64,000 nt of DNA from the NCBI GenBank assembly GCA_964036045.1, contig OZ038378.1, forward strand, positions 15,686,001 through 15,750,000. Direction: 5' to 3'. The notes under the pieces were generated by a model. That model had not been told where the DNA came from and searched no databases. It saw only the letters and a program-made list of their open reading frames with translations. Of the stretch, positions 1-10,759 are shown in pieces. Numbering within the stretch: the stretch's first letter is position 1; the number at the start of each line of letters is the position of its first letter. The stretch comes from Eutreptiella sp. 'Long Island Sound 2002' (lineage: Eukaryota > Protista > Euglenida). The translations under genes were made by a program, and so were the position numbers.

Positions 1-1427
1 CGGGCACGGACAAGTGCCCGATGTGCTCTCAAAAGGAGACGGTCAAGCACGCGATGGTCGAGTGCCCCATGTTCAAAGCGGCGGCGGCGGTTATACAGCA
101 CTATTATGGCCCGGTAGAAACTGGGAACGGTAAGTCTGCAGTCCGAGACATGATGGAGTCTGACCACCAGGAGTGGTTGCTGAACGCGAATCAAGGCTGG
201 GCAATGTGGTCGGCAAGAAGTGCCCACTAGCGATACCGATGCGAAGTCAAAGCGGGAGCATCACCGGTGTTCACATCATACCTGACAACCCGGCTAAGGG
301 AGCTGTGCGAATGGGTGGGGTTTTACTCAGGAGAGCGCAGGGAACAGTGGAGAGGCTTCCAACAGTCACTGGAGCAACTTCGAGATACTAGAGTGCAGCC
401 GCGACAAGGGGAAGTACGAGCACATGGGGGATTGAGTGCATGGTGGCAAACACGAACGGAATGCTTCACGCAAGAGCGCACGGCCGACAAACACAGCTGG
501 CATAGGGAAACGGAATCACGCCCGAAGCGCCCGAGGCAGGCAGGCCCGGGAGTGCTACAAGGAGTGCAAGATCTGATTGCAAAACTAGTTGCAAAGGGTT
601 ACACGATTGTGTACACGGACGGGTCGTCAAAACGACTGAGCCACAAGGACATGCGCAGGGCCGGGGGCTTTGGCGTATTCGCAGCAGAAGACGAGCAAGG
701 TCCAGAGGTGCGCTTCTGCGGCTATGTACCAACACGCCACAGGCAAACAAATAACGGAGCGGAGCTTTGGGCAGCCCTGGAAGCCCTACAGGGGTTCTGG
801 GTGTCAAAACTGGCAATCCTCACCGACTCACAGTACCTGCAGCTGGGAGCGACTGGCAGGGCCCAGCACTGGAAGTCAAAGGGATGGACAACCACGTCTG
901 GTAAGCTGCAAGTCCACGTTCCCGTCTGGGAAATGCTGCTCCAGGAAATGGCGACGCCAGGAAGAGAAGTCAGGTGGGAGCATGACCCAGCACATGTCAA
1001 CGTGCAACGGAATGAGGTGGCAAATGGATTGGCGATGGAAGGCATGTGCTCGAGCCCGCTGTGGTCTCAGCATGTTGCACCGCACTCATCATCAGGGTCG
1101 GAATCCACGGTAGGGTTGAGGGGAGGGTCAGGATCCGAATCAGAGGACACCAAGGCACTCTGGTCATCCCTGGGTATGGTACCCATGGATAGTGATGAGC
1201 AGACAGGGAAAGCATCCGGCGAACCAGCGCCACGTGGAATGGGTCCATACACCTCAAGCAGTTCGGAAAGTGAGGACATAAGGACAGGACTCACACACCA
1301 GGGAGGTTTGCTGAATGAACTGTCTGCAGCGGAAACAATGTCCTTCAGCACAGATGTGAGCGACACCAGGCGGCAGCGTAAGAAGCGAAAGCTCAGGAAA
1401 AGCAGGAACTCAGGACAGGGTCGATAA
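1..1427 (+). mobile_element. Non-LTR (L1/Tx1-like) retrotransposon, 3' part of ORF2: zf-RVT zinc knuckle followed by RNase H; one in-frame stop; 5'-truncated by the window edge
   Basis: ORFs 21-230 and 267-1427 are in the same frame, separated by a single TAG (228-230, probably a mutated Trp codon). CPMCSQKETVKHAMVEC matches the non-LTR C-terminal CCHC knuckle. RNase H motifs YTDGS, NNGAELWA, ILTDSQY and PAHVNVQRNEVANGLA are present; the last catalytic Asp reads as Asn. Confidence 0.85.
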
Positions 1428-1630
1428 TGACAGAGCCTGTAGCCCCTGCATTCTGGTGCGGATATCTCACAGGTTTCAAGCCCAGCAATGCCTGCATGTC
1501 TGAAATCTGCGTTCTGACGCAAAGCATTTCGTCACAAGAGCCGCGTCCTGTCGCGGCGTGCAACAGCACACAGTAGCGACAACAAAGCGGCTGAACTCCG
1601 CGTCCTGTCGCGGAAGAGCTTCCGGGCGTA

Positions 1631-2272
1631 ATGCCGCCGGGAAGGACATGGAAGGAGCAGGGACCACGTCAGCAACGGCATGGCCCTTACACACACATCC
1701 AGCCAGCCCCAAAGAAGGTTAAGCCTCAGCAAGAACACCAGCGTTTCAAGGTGCAAGCACTGAGCCAGCTGGACACCATTGCGAATGAAGGATTGAGGGC
1801 GGTCGAAGCAGAGCTGACCACAATGGCCTGGGCCCGCAATCAGCAGATCTGGCTCCGACTGGACCAACCACACAGCACCAGGATGCACTGTGAGATTGTG
1901 GACAATCATGGGGAACCATTGCTGATGAGCAATCAGGAGCTCTACTCGGTGATGGTCCAAATCAATTGGACCCCGAAGACTCAGGCTCTGGCGAACATGC
2001 AGGTCCAGTGGCGACCCAAAAGTGCAGGCAAGTGGCACCCGTTCCAGTGGGAGGCGACCCTCCACTGTCCGACGGCAGAGGGACACAGAGCGGTGCCCTC
2101 CTCAGTGAGCATAACTGGAGACTGCATGCATGTGTGGCTGGCGGGCCGAGCTGACCTCTTGAGGCTGTTCCAGAGAACGCTCTTCAGGCAGGCGGACCCG
2201 GTACCCGGGGACGCTGTGCGGTTCCTCTACACGCTGCTGAGCACACCCCCATGCGAAAGGCGATATGCATGA
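1631..2272 (+). CDS. 213-aa ORF of unknown function downstream of the retrotransposon RNase H ORF
   Basis: Uninterrupted ATG-to-TGA ORF with ordinary, non-repetitive composition and a basic NLS-like PAPKKVK. No family recognised. Confidence 0.5.
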   Translation: MPPGRTWKEQGPRQQRHGPYTHIQPAPKKVKPQQEHQRFKVQALSQLDTIANEGLRAVEAELTTMAWARNQQIWLRLDQPHSTRMHCEIVDNHGEPLLMSNQELYSVMVQINWTPKTQALANMQVQWRPKSAGKWHPFQWEATLHCPTAEGHRAVPSSVSITGDCMHVWLAGRADLLRLFQRTLFRQADPVPGDAVRFLYTLLSTPPCERRYA

Positions 2273-2436
2273 CAGGGGACGACACACGGGGGGAAGCTTG
2301 ACGGATCCGAGCAGCGATGCAGACAACAACTCGTCGTGGCCCAGTGGATATACCGCACCTCTTCTGTCCTGTAGAGGAGGGTTCGAACCCCAAGGGAGAT
2401 AGAGAACCACCGAACGTCCCGAAACCCCCTTTTATG

Positions 2437-2532
2437 CGAGAGAGAGAGAGAGTGGGGCGCAATGGGAGGGGGACGGAGAGGAGAGAGAGAGAGAGAGAGA
2501 GAGAGGGACGCTATGGGAGAGGAACGGAGAGA

Positions 2533-2567
<35 letters not shown>

Positions 2568-2600
2568 GGAGAGAGAGAGAGGGAGGGAGTGGGAGAGAGA
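2437..2600 (+). repeat. (GA)n purine-rich tract, possible 3' tail of the retroelement
   Basis: Interrupted GAGAGA runs, seen directly. Confidence 0.85.
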
Positions 2601-2622
2601 CCCACAGAGCAGGAGACGGGGG

Positions 2623-3314
2623 CTAACCGGCGCAAAGGGAGGGTGGTGGGTTTGAGCTGACCAAGGAGTGTGGGGCGCCATGGCAGTAAAGAGCAGTTCA
2701 ATGACGAAACAATGAGGCGCCTTTGCGCCCCAGGAGCACGGGTGCGACACGTCGTGCCGTGTCGGGAAGCCCGAACATGACAAGGGTAGCGAGAATGCGG
2801 CCCATGTGAGGGTATTGGGAGCGAGTAGACATGGAAATGTAGGCGGCCAAAGCACGCAAGGTGTGGGGCTGAAAAGGTATGCGCCACACACAGAACGGCA
2901 ATGACTTGTTGAGGTGTCCAGCCGAAAAACTTTTGATACAACGTTGGGACGCCTTTGCGTCACCACAGGCGCCTTTGGGCCCCCGAAGTTCGGGTACGAC
3001 ACGTCCTCACGTGCCGGAGAGCTAGTGCAAGACAAGGGCAGCATGAGCGCGACCTGCACGGCAAGGGGCAGGGACTAACCAGCACTATGGGAGGGTGGTG
3101 GGTGCGAGCTGACCTCAGTGTCCAGATGACCGAAGTCCAAGCACAGTCAGAAACCACCTGGTGTGGTACAGAACTGCTCTGCGTTGCAGTGCAGCGAGAG
3201 AGACAGAGAGAGAGGGAGAAGCCCACAGAGCGAAAGGCTAGAGAGAGAGAGACCTACAGAGCGAGGGTTAGAGACTAACCGGCACTGTGGGAGGGTGGTG
3301 GGTGCGAGCTGACC
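2623..3314 (+). repeat. Three dispersed copies of a ~40-bp motif (CTAACCRGCRC...GGGAGGGTGGTGGGT..GAGCTGACC)
   Basis: Copies at 2623-2662, 3075-3114 and 3275-3314; the first and third follow GA-rich tracts. Confidence 0.75.
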
Positions 3315-4500
3315 CAGGTGTACAGATGGCCAAGGCCAAAGCACAATCAAAAGCCACAGAACTGGTCTGGTGTGCGCTGCAGTGCAGCAAGGCAAAACAC
3401 TGAACTGAGTGGTGATGACCATGCGCCTGTGGCACGGGGGCGTATGCGAACCCAGTATCCGTTGCCTCATGGCCCCATGCCAATGGACCCCCCATGCCAA
3501 TGCCCCCCCCCCCCCGTCTCGAAAGAAGAAACATGGCCCCCCCTAGCTACCCCCTCTCGAAGGAAGAACCACCATCCTTGGTGTCATGTGTTTGGTTTCC
3601 AATGCAGATTTTCATTTCTTGAAGTGTTCCAAGTCCCGTATGGAGCAGCCTGAGATTGTTTGGTAGGTCATGCCTGCATTTTGTAAAGCCGAGTACTTGG
3701 CCATGTTGGCCAGAGCCCATGTGCACAATTGCCTGTTTCAGGGGAACCAAGGTCTTGGGTTTGAGGAAGGGACTGAATGATGGCAGCTGGTGGCCGTGGC
3801 ATTGACGGCTTTGCTTACTTTGACAAGTGACGTGGGCACTGGTGTTAAGGGGGGCATCAGTCTTTTCTCTCAGGGGTAGCTTAGTTGTGTCCGTGATGGC
3901 CGTCATGCCCAGGCTACCCTTGGCCCGTCAAGTTGCTAGCCTCTGTGGAGAATCCGCTTCTGCCATGCTAGCCCCATGGCAGAATTTAGCTGCAGCTCAA
4001 GTGACCACCACAGGGACAGAGACGCCACAGCTGCACCTGCGGCAAGGGCCCACGACTTGGGGCGCATCCGAACGCAAGTGATCATTGAGTATGATGCCAA
4101 AAGTTACTGTGGAACAAGCATCCAGAAGCCACTAGGAATGAACAGCAACCATCCGTAAGGCATCAAGAAGTAACAACAACCATGAAGCAGCCACCAGGAA
4201 TGAGCAGTAACCTTCCAAAAGCCACCAAGAATCAACAGCAACCAAGTAGTAACCGTCAAAAAGTTTTAAAGAATAACCGCAAGCATCCAGGGGCCTCAAA
4301 GCATTTTCAACAAGCACCCACAAACCTGTAGAAAGTAGCAACAAACACCCCAGAAGCCTCTAGGGTACACCTCTTTTAGGGGCTCCAACGATTGACCATT
4401 TCCCCATACTTCGTTGCAACATGTTACGCGGTGCGCGCGCGGTGCAGGTAACCCTACACTGCTCACATGCCCGGTTTCTGCCTTTGTGGATCGTCCCCCC

Positions 4501-7500
4501 CACGGGGGGGCCGTCTCCTCGGTCCCGGTACGCGACTCCCCCCCCCCCCCCCCTTCGGGCCCTCCGGGCCCACTTAGTTACCAAGGGTCAATGGCTACTG
4601 ACCATACATATGGTGGCGCCGAAGGCGCCCGAAATTTTTTTTTTCATTCCCCTTGCCCACGTAGCATCCCTCCCCGCCCAGGCGGTGGAGCACCCCAACG
4701 CTATACTTGAACCCAACCTTGACTGTAACGCCCACCCCAACCCTCAGCCTGCTCCTAACCCTACACCTAACCCTACCCATGACCCTAACCCTAATCAAGA
4801 CTGAATATTGGGACCGAGCTGGTGGGGGAGGGAACATCAGCTATGATTGGTGAAGGACATCAAGAATGATTCACACATTGATGGCTCTTGACAAAGTGAA
4901 ATCAGCTTGCAAGTGAACCCCATCACCATGAGGCCCACTTTCAAGGCTTTTTGGACTTCTGAGGGGCCAAAATGCCCCAAAATGGGCTCAAAATGGGCTC
5001 ATTTCACCCGTTTGTGCACCCCAAATGGTCTAGGATGAGGTTTGGAAAAATGCGTTTTTGACCCATTTTTGGTCCCAAAACAGCCCATTTTCAAGGCATT
5101 TTGGGATTCTCGGAGGACCAAAATGGGCCACCACAAGCTCAAAACGGTCCAAAAACACTTGTTTTAGCGTCGCACATGGTCTAGGATAATTTTTGAGAAA
5201 AGTCATCTTTTTGCCCCTATTGGACCTTGTTGACCCATTTGGGCACCCACCTGTTTGGGCTTGAGCTTGCAGCTTGCTGCAGCCGAGTGGGCCTAGGTAT
5301 TGGGGTCTAGGTGTCCGTTTGGGCAATTCTGAGGGGTGGAAACCACAAAAAGTGGGGGGTTGCGGGTGGTGTAGGTGCCCTCGGAATCGCATTTTGAGCC
5401 ATGTAGCCAAAGATATGGCCTATTCTTGGTTTTTGGCTGTCGGCATTTGGAGCTTCTGGGGGCCTTTTTGAGCCGTTTCCGGGACATATCATGAAGTTAG
5501 AGGGCCGCTAAGAGCTCGTTGACACGGGGAAGTCAAGCCGCAGGTGCAATGTACCCACCGTTTCCCTTCGTTTGGCCGTTTTGAATGTGTTCCAGGGCTT
5601 TTTTGGCCGAAAAATGGCTGATTTTGGCCCTAAACTGCAGTTTTTGAAACTGAGGTCCGCCACTTGCGAATCCCGTTCCCGGCCGCCACCGTTGAGTTTC
5701 TGGCTCAAACTTTGTGTGATTGTACTTCACACCCATAGGTATCATCCACCAAAATTTCACTGAAATCCAAAGCACCACGACGGAATTCTGATTTTTACCC
5801 ATTTCGCGCGTGCTGTTGCTTGCTGCTTGCTGCTGTTGCTTGCTGCTAAACCTGGTAGGTCCACCCTAGACACTAAAAAGGGTTATAAAACCAAGACTGG
5901 TTCCACCAGCTCGGTGACCCTAATCAAGACTGAATATTGGGACCGAGCTGGTGGGGGAGGGAACATCAGCTATGATTGGTGAAGGACATCAAGAATGATT
6001 CACACATTGATGGCTCTTGACAAAGTGAAATCAGCTTGCAAGTGAACCCCATCACCATGAGGCCCACTTTCAAGGCTTTTTGGACTTCTGAGGGGCCAAA
6101 ATGCCCCAAAATGGGCTCAAAATGGGCTCATTTCACCCGTTTGTGCACCCCAAATGGTCTAGGATGAGGTTTGGAAAAATGCGTTTTTGACCCATTTTTG
6201 ACCCATTTTTGGTCCCAAAACAGCCCAGTTTCAAGGCATTTTGGGATTCTCGGAGGACCAAAATGGGCCACCACAAGCTCAAAACGGTCCAAAAACACTT
6301 GTTTTAGCGTCGCACATGGTCTAGGATAATTTTTGAGAAAAGTCATCTTTTTGCCCCTACTGGACCCTGTTGACCCATTTGGGCACCCACCTGTTTGGGC
6401 TTGAGCTTGCAGCTTGCCGCACGCAGCCTAGTGGGCCTAGGTATTGGGGTCTAGGTGTCCGTTTGGGCAATTCTGAGGGGTGGAAACCACACAAAGTGGG
6501 GGGTTGCGGGTGGAGTAGGTGCCCTCGGAATCGCATTTTGAGCCATGTAGCCAAAGATATGGCCTATTCTTGGTTTGTGGCTGTCGACAGCCAATCTACA
6601 CAAAATTTGGAGCTTCTGGGGGCCTTTTTGGGCCGTTTCCGGGACATATCATGAAGTTAGAGGGCCGCTAAGAGCTCGTTGACACGGGGAAGTCTAGCCG
6701 CACGTGAAGTGTACCCACCGTTTCCCTTCGTTTGGCCGTTTAGAATGTGTTCCAGGGCTTTTTTGGCCCAAAAATGGCTGATTTTGGCCCTAAACTGCAG
6801 TTTTTGAAACTGAGGTCCGCCACTTGCGAATCCCGTTCCCGGCCGCCACCGTTGAGTTTCTTGCTCAAACTTTGTGTGATTGTACTTCACACCCATAGGT
6901 ATCATCCACCAAAATTTCAGCCGAATCCGAAGCACCACGACGGAGTTCTGATTTTTACCCATTTCGCGCGTGCTGCTTGCTTGCTTGCTGCTGCTTGCTT
7001 GCTGCTGCTGCTGCTAAACCTGGTAGGTCCACCCTAGACACTAAAAAGGGTTATAAAACCAAGACTGGTTCCACCAGCTCGGTGACCGTAACCCTAACCC
7101 TAATCAAGACTGAATATTGGGACCGAGCTGGTGGGGGAGGGAACATCAGCTGTGACTGGTGAGGGACATCAAGAATGACTCACACATTGATGGCTCTTGA
7201 CAAAGTGAAATCAGCTTGCAAGTGAACCCCATCACCACGAGGCCCACTTTCAATGCTTTTTGGACTTCTGAGGGGCCAAAATGCCCCAAAATGGGCTCAA
7301 AATGGGCTCATTTCACCCGTTTGTGCACCCCAAATGGTCTAGGATGAGGTTTGGAAAAATGCGTTTTTGACCCATTTTTGACCCATTTTTGGTCCCAAAA
7401 CAGCCCATTTTCAAGGCATTTTGGGATTTTCGGAGGATCAAAATGGGCCACCACAAGCTCAAAACAGTCCAAAAACACTTGTTTTAGCGTCGCACATGGT

Positions 7501-9932
7501 CTAGGATCATTTTTGAGAAAATTCTTTTTTTTGCCCCTATTGGACCTTGTTGACCCATTTGGGCACCCACCTGTTTGGGCTTGAGCTTGCAGCTTGCCGC
7601 ACGCAGCCTAGTGGGCCTAGGTATTGGGGTCTAGGTGTCCGTTTGGGCAATTCTGAGGGGTGGAAACCACACAAAGTGGGGGGTTGCGGGTGGAGTAGGT
7701 GCCCTCGGAATCGCATTTTGAGCCATGTAGCCAAAGATATGGCCTATTCTTGGTTTGTGGCTGTCGACAGCCAATCTACACAAAATTTGGAGCTTCTGGG
7801 GGCCTTTTTGGGCCGTTTCCGGGACATATCATGAAGTTAGAGGGCCGCTAAGAGCTCGTTGACACGGGGAAGTCTAGCCGCACGTGAAGTGTACCCACCG
7901 TTTCCCTTCGTTTGGCCGTTTAGAATGTGTTCCAGGGCTTTTTTGGCCCAAAAATGGCTGATTTTGGCCCTAAACTGCAGTTTTTGAAACTGAGGTCCGC
8001 CACTTGCGAATCCCGTTCCCGGCCGCCACCGTTGAGTTTCTTGCTCAAACTTTGTGTGATTGTACTTCACACCCATAGGTATCATCAACCAAAATTTCAC
8101 CCGAATCTGAAGCACCACGACGGAGTTCTGATTTTTACCCATCTCGCGCGTGCTGCTTGCTTGCTTGCTGCTGCTGCTTGCTTGCTGCTGCTGCTGATGC
8201 TGCTGCTAAACCTAGTAGGTTCACCCTAGACACTAAAAAGGGTTATAAAACCAAGACTGGTTCCACCAGCTCGGTGACCCTAACCCTAATCAAGACTGAA
8301 TATTGGGACCGAGCTGGTGGGGTAGTGCCTATGCTTCTGTGCGTACTAGGGTGGAGGAAAGTCAATTGGTTGGGGAATGGCGATTGAGGCCCTTAGCTTA
8401 CTGCATATGTTGTGTTGTTTTGGACCACGTTCATCCTAACCTTGAAGCGAGCAACCTAACCCCGTACTCCACTCGGAATGAATGTGCTCCCCAAGCTTCG
8501 TGTTGACGTCCGCGCTCGGCTTTCGCTTCACCGCGATCCCGTTCCTCTTTCTCTTGTTATGAGCAAATCGATGCATATGTACAATGCATTGTACTTCCTG
8601 CCACATACCTGTACCAAAAAATTGATGTCTCTATCCGGCTATTGTGTGCCTGTCAAGTGTTGCATGTTCCTTGTTTCACGCATTACGGGGTGCCACGAGG
8701 CCCACTTTCAAGGCTTTTTGGACTTCTGAGGGGCCAAAATGCCCCCAAAATGGGCTCAAAATGGGCCCATTTCACCCGTTTGTGCACCCCAAATGGTCTA
8801 GGATGAGGTTTGGAAAAATGCGTTTTTGACCCATTTTTGACCCATTTTTGGTCCCAAAACAGCCCATTTTCAAGGCATTTGGGATTTTCGGAGTACCAAA
8901 ATGGGCCACCACAAGCTCAAAACGGTCCAAAAACACTTGTTTTAGCGTCGCACATGGTCTAGGATAATTTTTGAGAAAAGTCATCTTTTTGCCCCTATTG
9001 GACCTTGTTGACCCATTTGGGCACCCACCTGTTTGGGCTTCAGCTTGCAGCTTGCCGCAGCTTAGTGGGCCTAGGCATTGGGGTCTAGGCGTCCCTTTGG
9101 GCAATTCTGAGGGACGGAAACCACAAAAAGTGGGGGGTTGCGGGTGGAATAGGTGCCCTCGGAATCGCATTTTGAGCCATGTAGCCAAAGACATGGCCTA
9201 TTCTTGGTTTGTGGCTGTCGGCATTTGGAGCTTCTGGGGGCCTTTTTAGGCCGTTTCCTGGACATATCATGGAGTTAGAGGGCGGCAAAGAGCTCGTTGA
9301 CACAGGGAAGTCAAGCCGCACATGGAGTGTAGCCACCGTTTCCCTTCGTTTGGCCGCTTTGAATGGGTTTTAGGGCTTTTTTGGCCGAAAAATGGCTGTT
9401 TTGGCCCTAAACTGCAGTTTTTGAAACTGAGGTCCGCCACTTGCGAATCCCGTTCCCGGCCACCACTGTCAAGTTTCTTGCTCAAACTTTGTGTGATTGT
9501 ACTTCACACCCATAGGTATCATCCACCAAAATTTCACTCAAATCCAAAGCATCACGACGGAGTTCTGATTTTGGCCCATTTCGCGCGTGCTGCTTGCTTG
9601 CTGCTTGCTGCTTGCTTGCTGCTTGCTTGCTAAACCTGGTAGGTCCACCCTAGACACTAAAAAGGGTTATAAAACCAAGACTGGTTCCACCAGCTCGGTG
9701 ACCCTAGCCCTAACCCTAGCCCCAGCTCTCACCCCAGAGGGAGGCCAAGGGGAGGTAACGGGAGCCTGTGCCCCCCCCCCCCCCCCAACTGACCCTCCCG
9801 ACCGCCCCCCCCCCCCATCGCCCCTCCCTGAACTCCCCCTCCAATGCCCCCCCCCCCCCCCCCCAGGGGCCTTCGGCCCACTTCTACTGGGGGGGGGAGT
9901 CGCGTCTAAAAGCGAGGGGACGGCCCCCCCGT
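4501..9932. mobile_element. MITE-like DNA element (about 510 bp without its insert) with ~45-bp imperfect TIRs and an 8-bp TSD; hosts the 4-unit array
   Basis: Left end CACGGGGGGGCCGTCTCCTCG...ACGCGACTCCCCC is the reverse complement of right end GGGGGAGTCGCGT...CGAGGGGACGGCCCCCCGTG. GTCCCCCC flanks both sides (4493-4500, 9933-9940). A related copy lies at 34054-34992. Confidence 0.75.
4795..9701. repeat. Head-to-tail array of four non-coding units joined by CCCTAA hexamers
   Basis: Units 4795-5917, 5924-7085, 7104-8277 and 8290-9701 each begin TCAAGACTGAATATTGGGACCGAGCTGGTGG and end AACCAAGACTGGTTCCACCAGCTCGGTGA. Each has a variable (TGCT/TGC)n microsatellite near its right end. No credible conserved ORF. 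Confidence 0.95.
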
Positions 9933-10004
9933 GGTCCCCCCCATTTCCACAACTTGTAGATCTTTGAATGGGCTCGCAAGGGTCGCATTGGACATGGGCT
10001 GACC

Positions 10005-10027
10005 AATCATTCCTCCCATCTTTCCAG
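10005..10027 (+). promoter_or_regulatory. 3' splice-acceptor-like site 9 nt upstream of the IPT start codon (trans-splice or 5'UTR intron acceptor)
   Basis: CTGAC branch-like motif, pyrimidine tract TTCCTCCCATCTTTC and CAG ending at 10027. The first downstream ATG is 10037. Confidence 0.45.
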
Positions 10028-10036
10028 CGCTGACAC

Positions 10037-10759
10037 ATGGCCGTGCCCTCCAGACGGGCGGTGGTGTTTGTTATTGGCACGACGGGGGCCGGCAAGAGCA
10101 AGTTGGCAGTGGACCTGGCCCTGCAAGTTGAAGCTACTCTGGGCATTGGCTGTGAGATCATCAATGCCGACGTCATGCAGATGTTCAAGGGACTGGACAT
10201 CATCACAAACAAAGTGACCTTAGAGGAGCAGCGAGGCGTGCCCCATCACCTGCTGGGGTTCCTTGACGCTGCCACCGTCGACTTCAACGTCGTCAAGTTT
10301 TGTGAACTGGCAGTGCCGCTCATTGAAGACATCTTTTCCCGACACCGTCTGCCCATTGTGGTCGGAGGGTCCCATTATTACGTGGAAAGTCTGCTGTTTG
10401 ACACTCTTGTGGGGACGCAGGAACCCCCACAGTCGCTCATCTCCGCCGCAGCTGTCGATGGTATTGCAGATCCCGCAGCACCCTCCAGCACTGCTGATGC
10501 GGCTGTGGGCCCTGGCGCCGTGGATGAGGGGACCGGCGTGAGCGATGCGTGCCCACCCACCAGCCTGGGACACAGCACAGGCAACAGCGATGACCCCAGT
10601 TCACGGCCCCGTGAGGCCGCCTTGCCTTGGGGGCATCTGAGTGAAACCAGCCCTCTGGAAGAGATCCAAGCCGCCTATGCCAAACTGCAGGAGGTGGACC
10701 CAGCCATGGCGCAGCGGTTGCACCCCCGCAATGCACGGAAGATCAAGCGAAGCCTCCAG
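10037..10759 (+). CDS. TRIT1: tRNA isopentenyltransferase exon 1
   Basis: P-loop and N-terminal IPPT motifs; ends CAG/GTGCTT. Confidence 0.92.

Noticed and set aside
4795-9701. Recurrent 60-140-aa ORFs in the array units, and the idea that the units are hammerhead retrozymes or a CRISPR-like array
   Set aside because: The ORFs vary in frame and length between units and have no motifs. I found no CTGANGA...GAAA hammerhead core on either strand, and the units are kilobase-size homologues, not repeat-spacer pairs.
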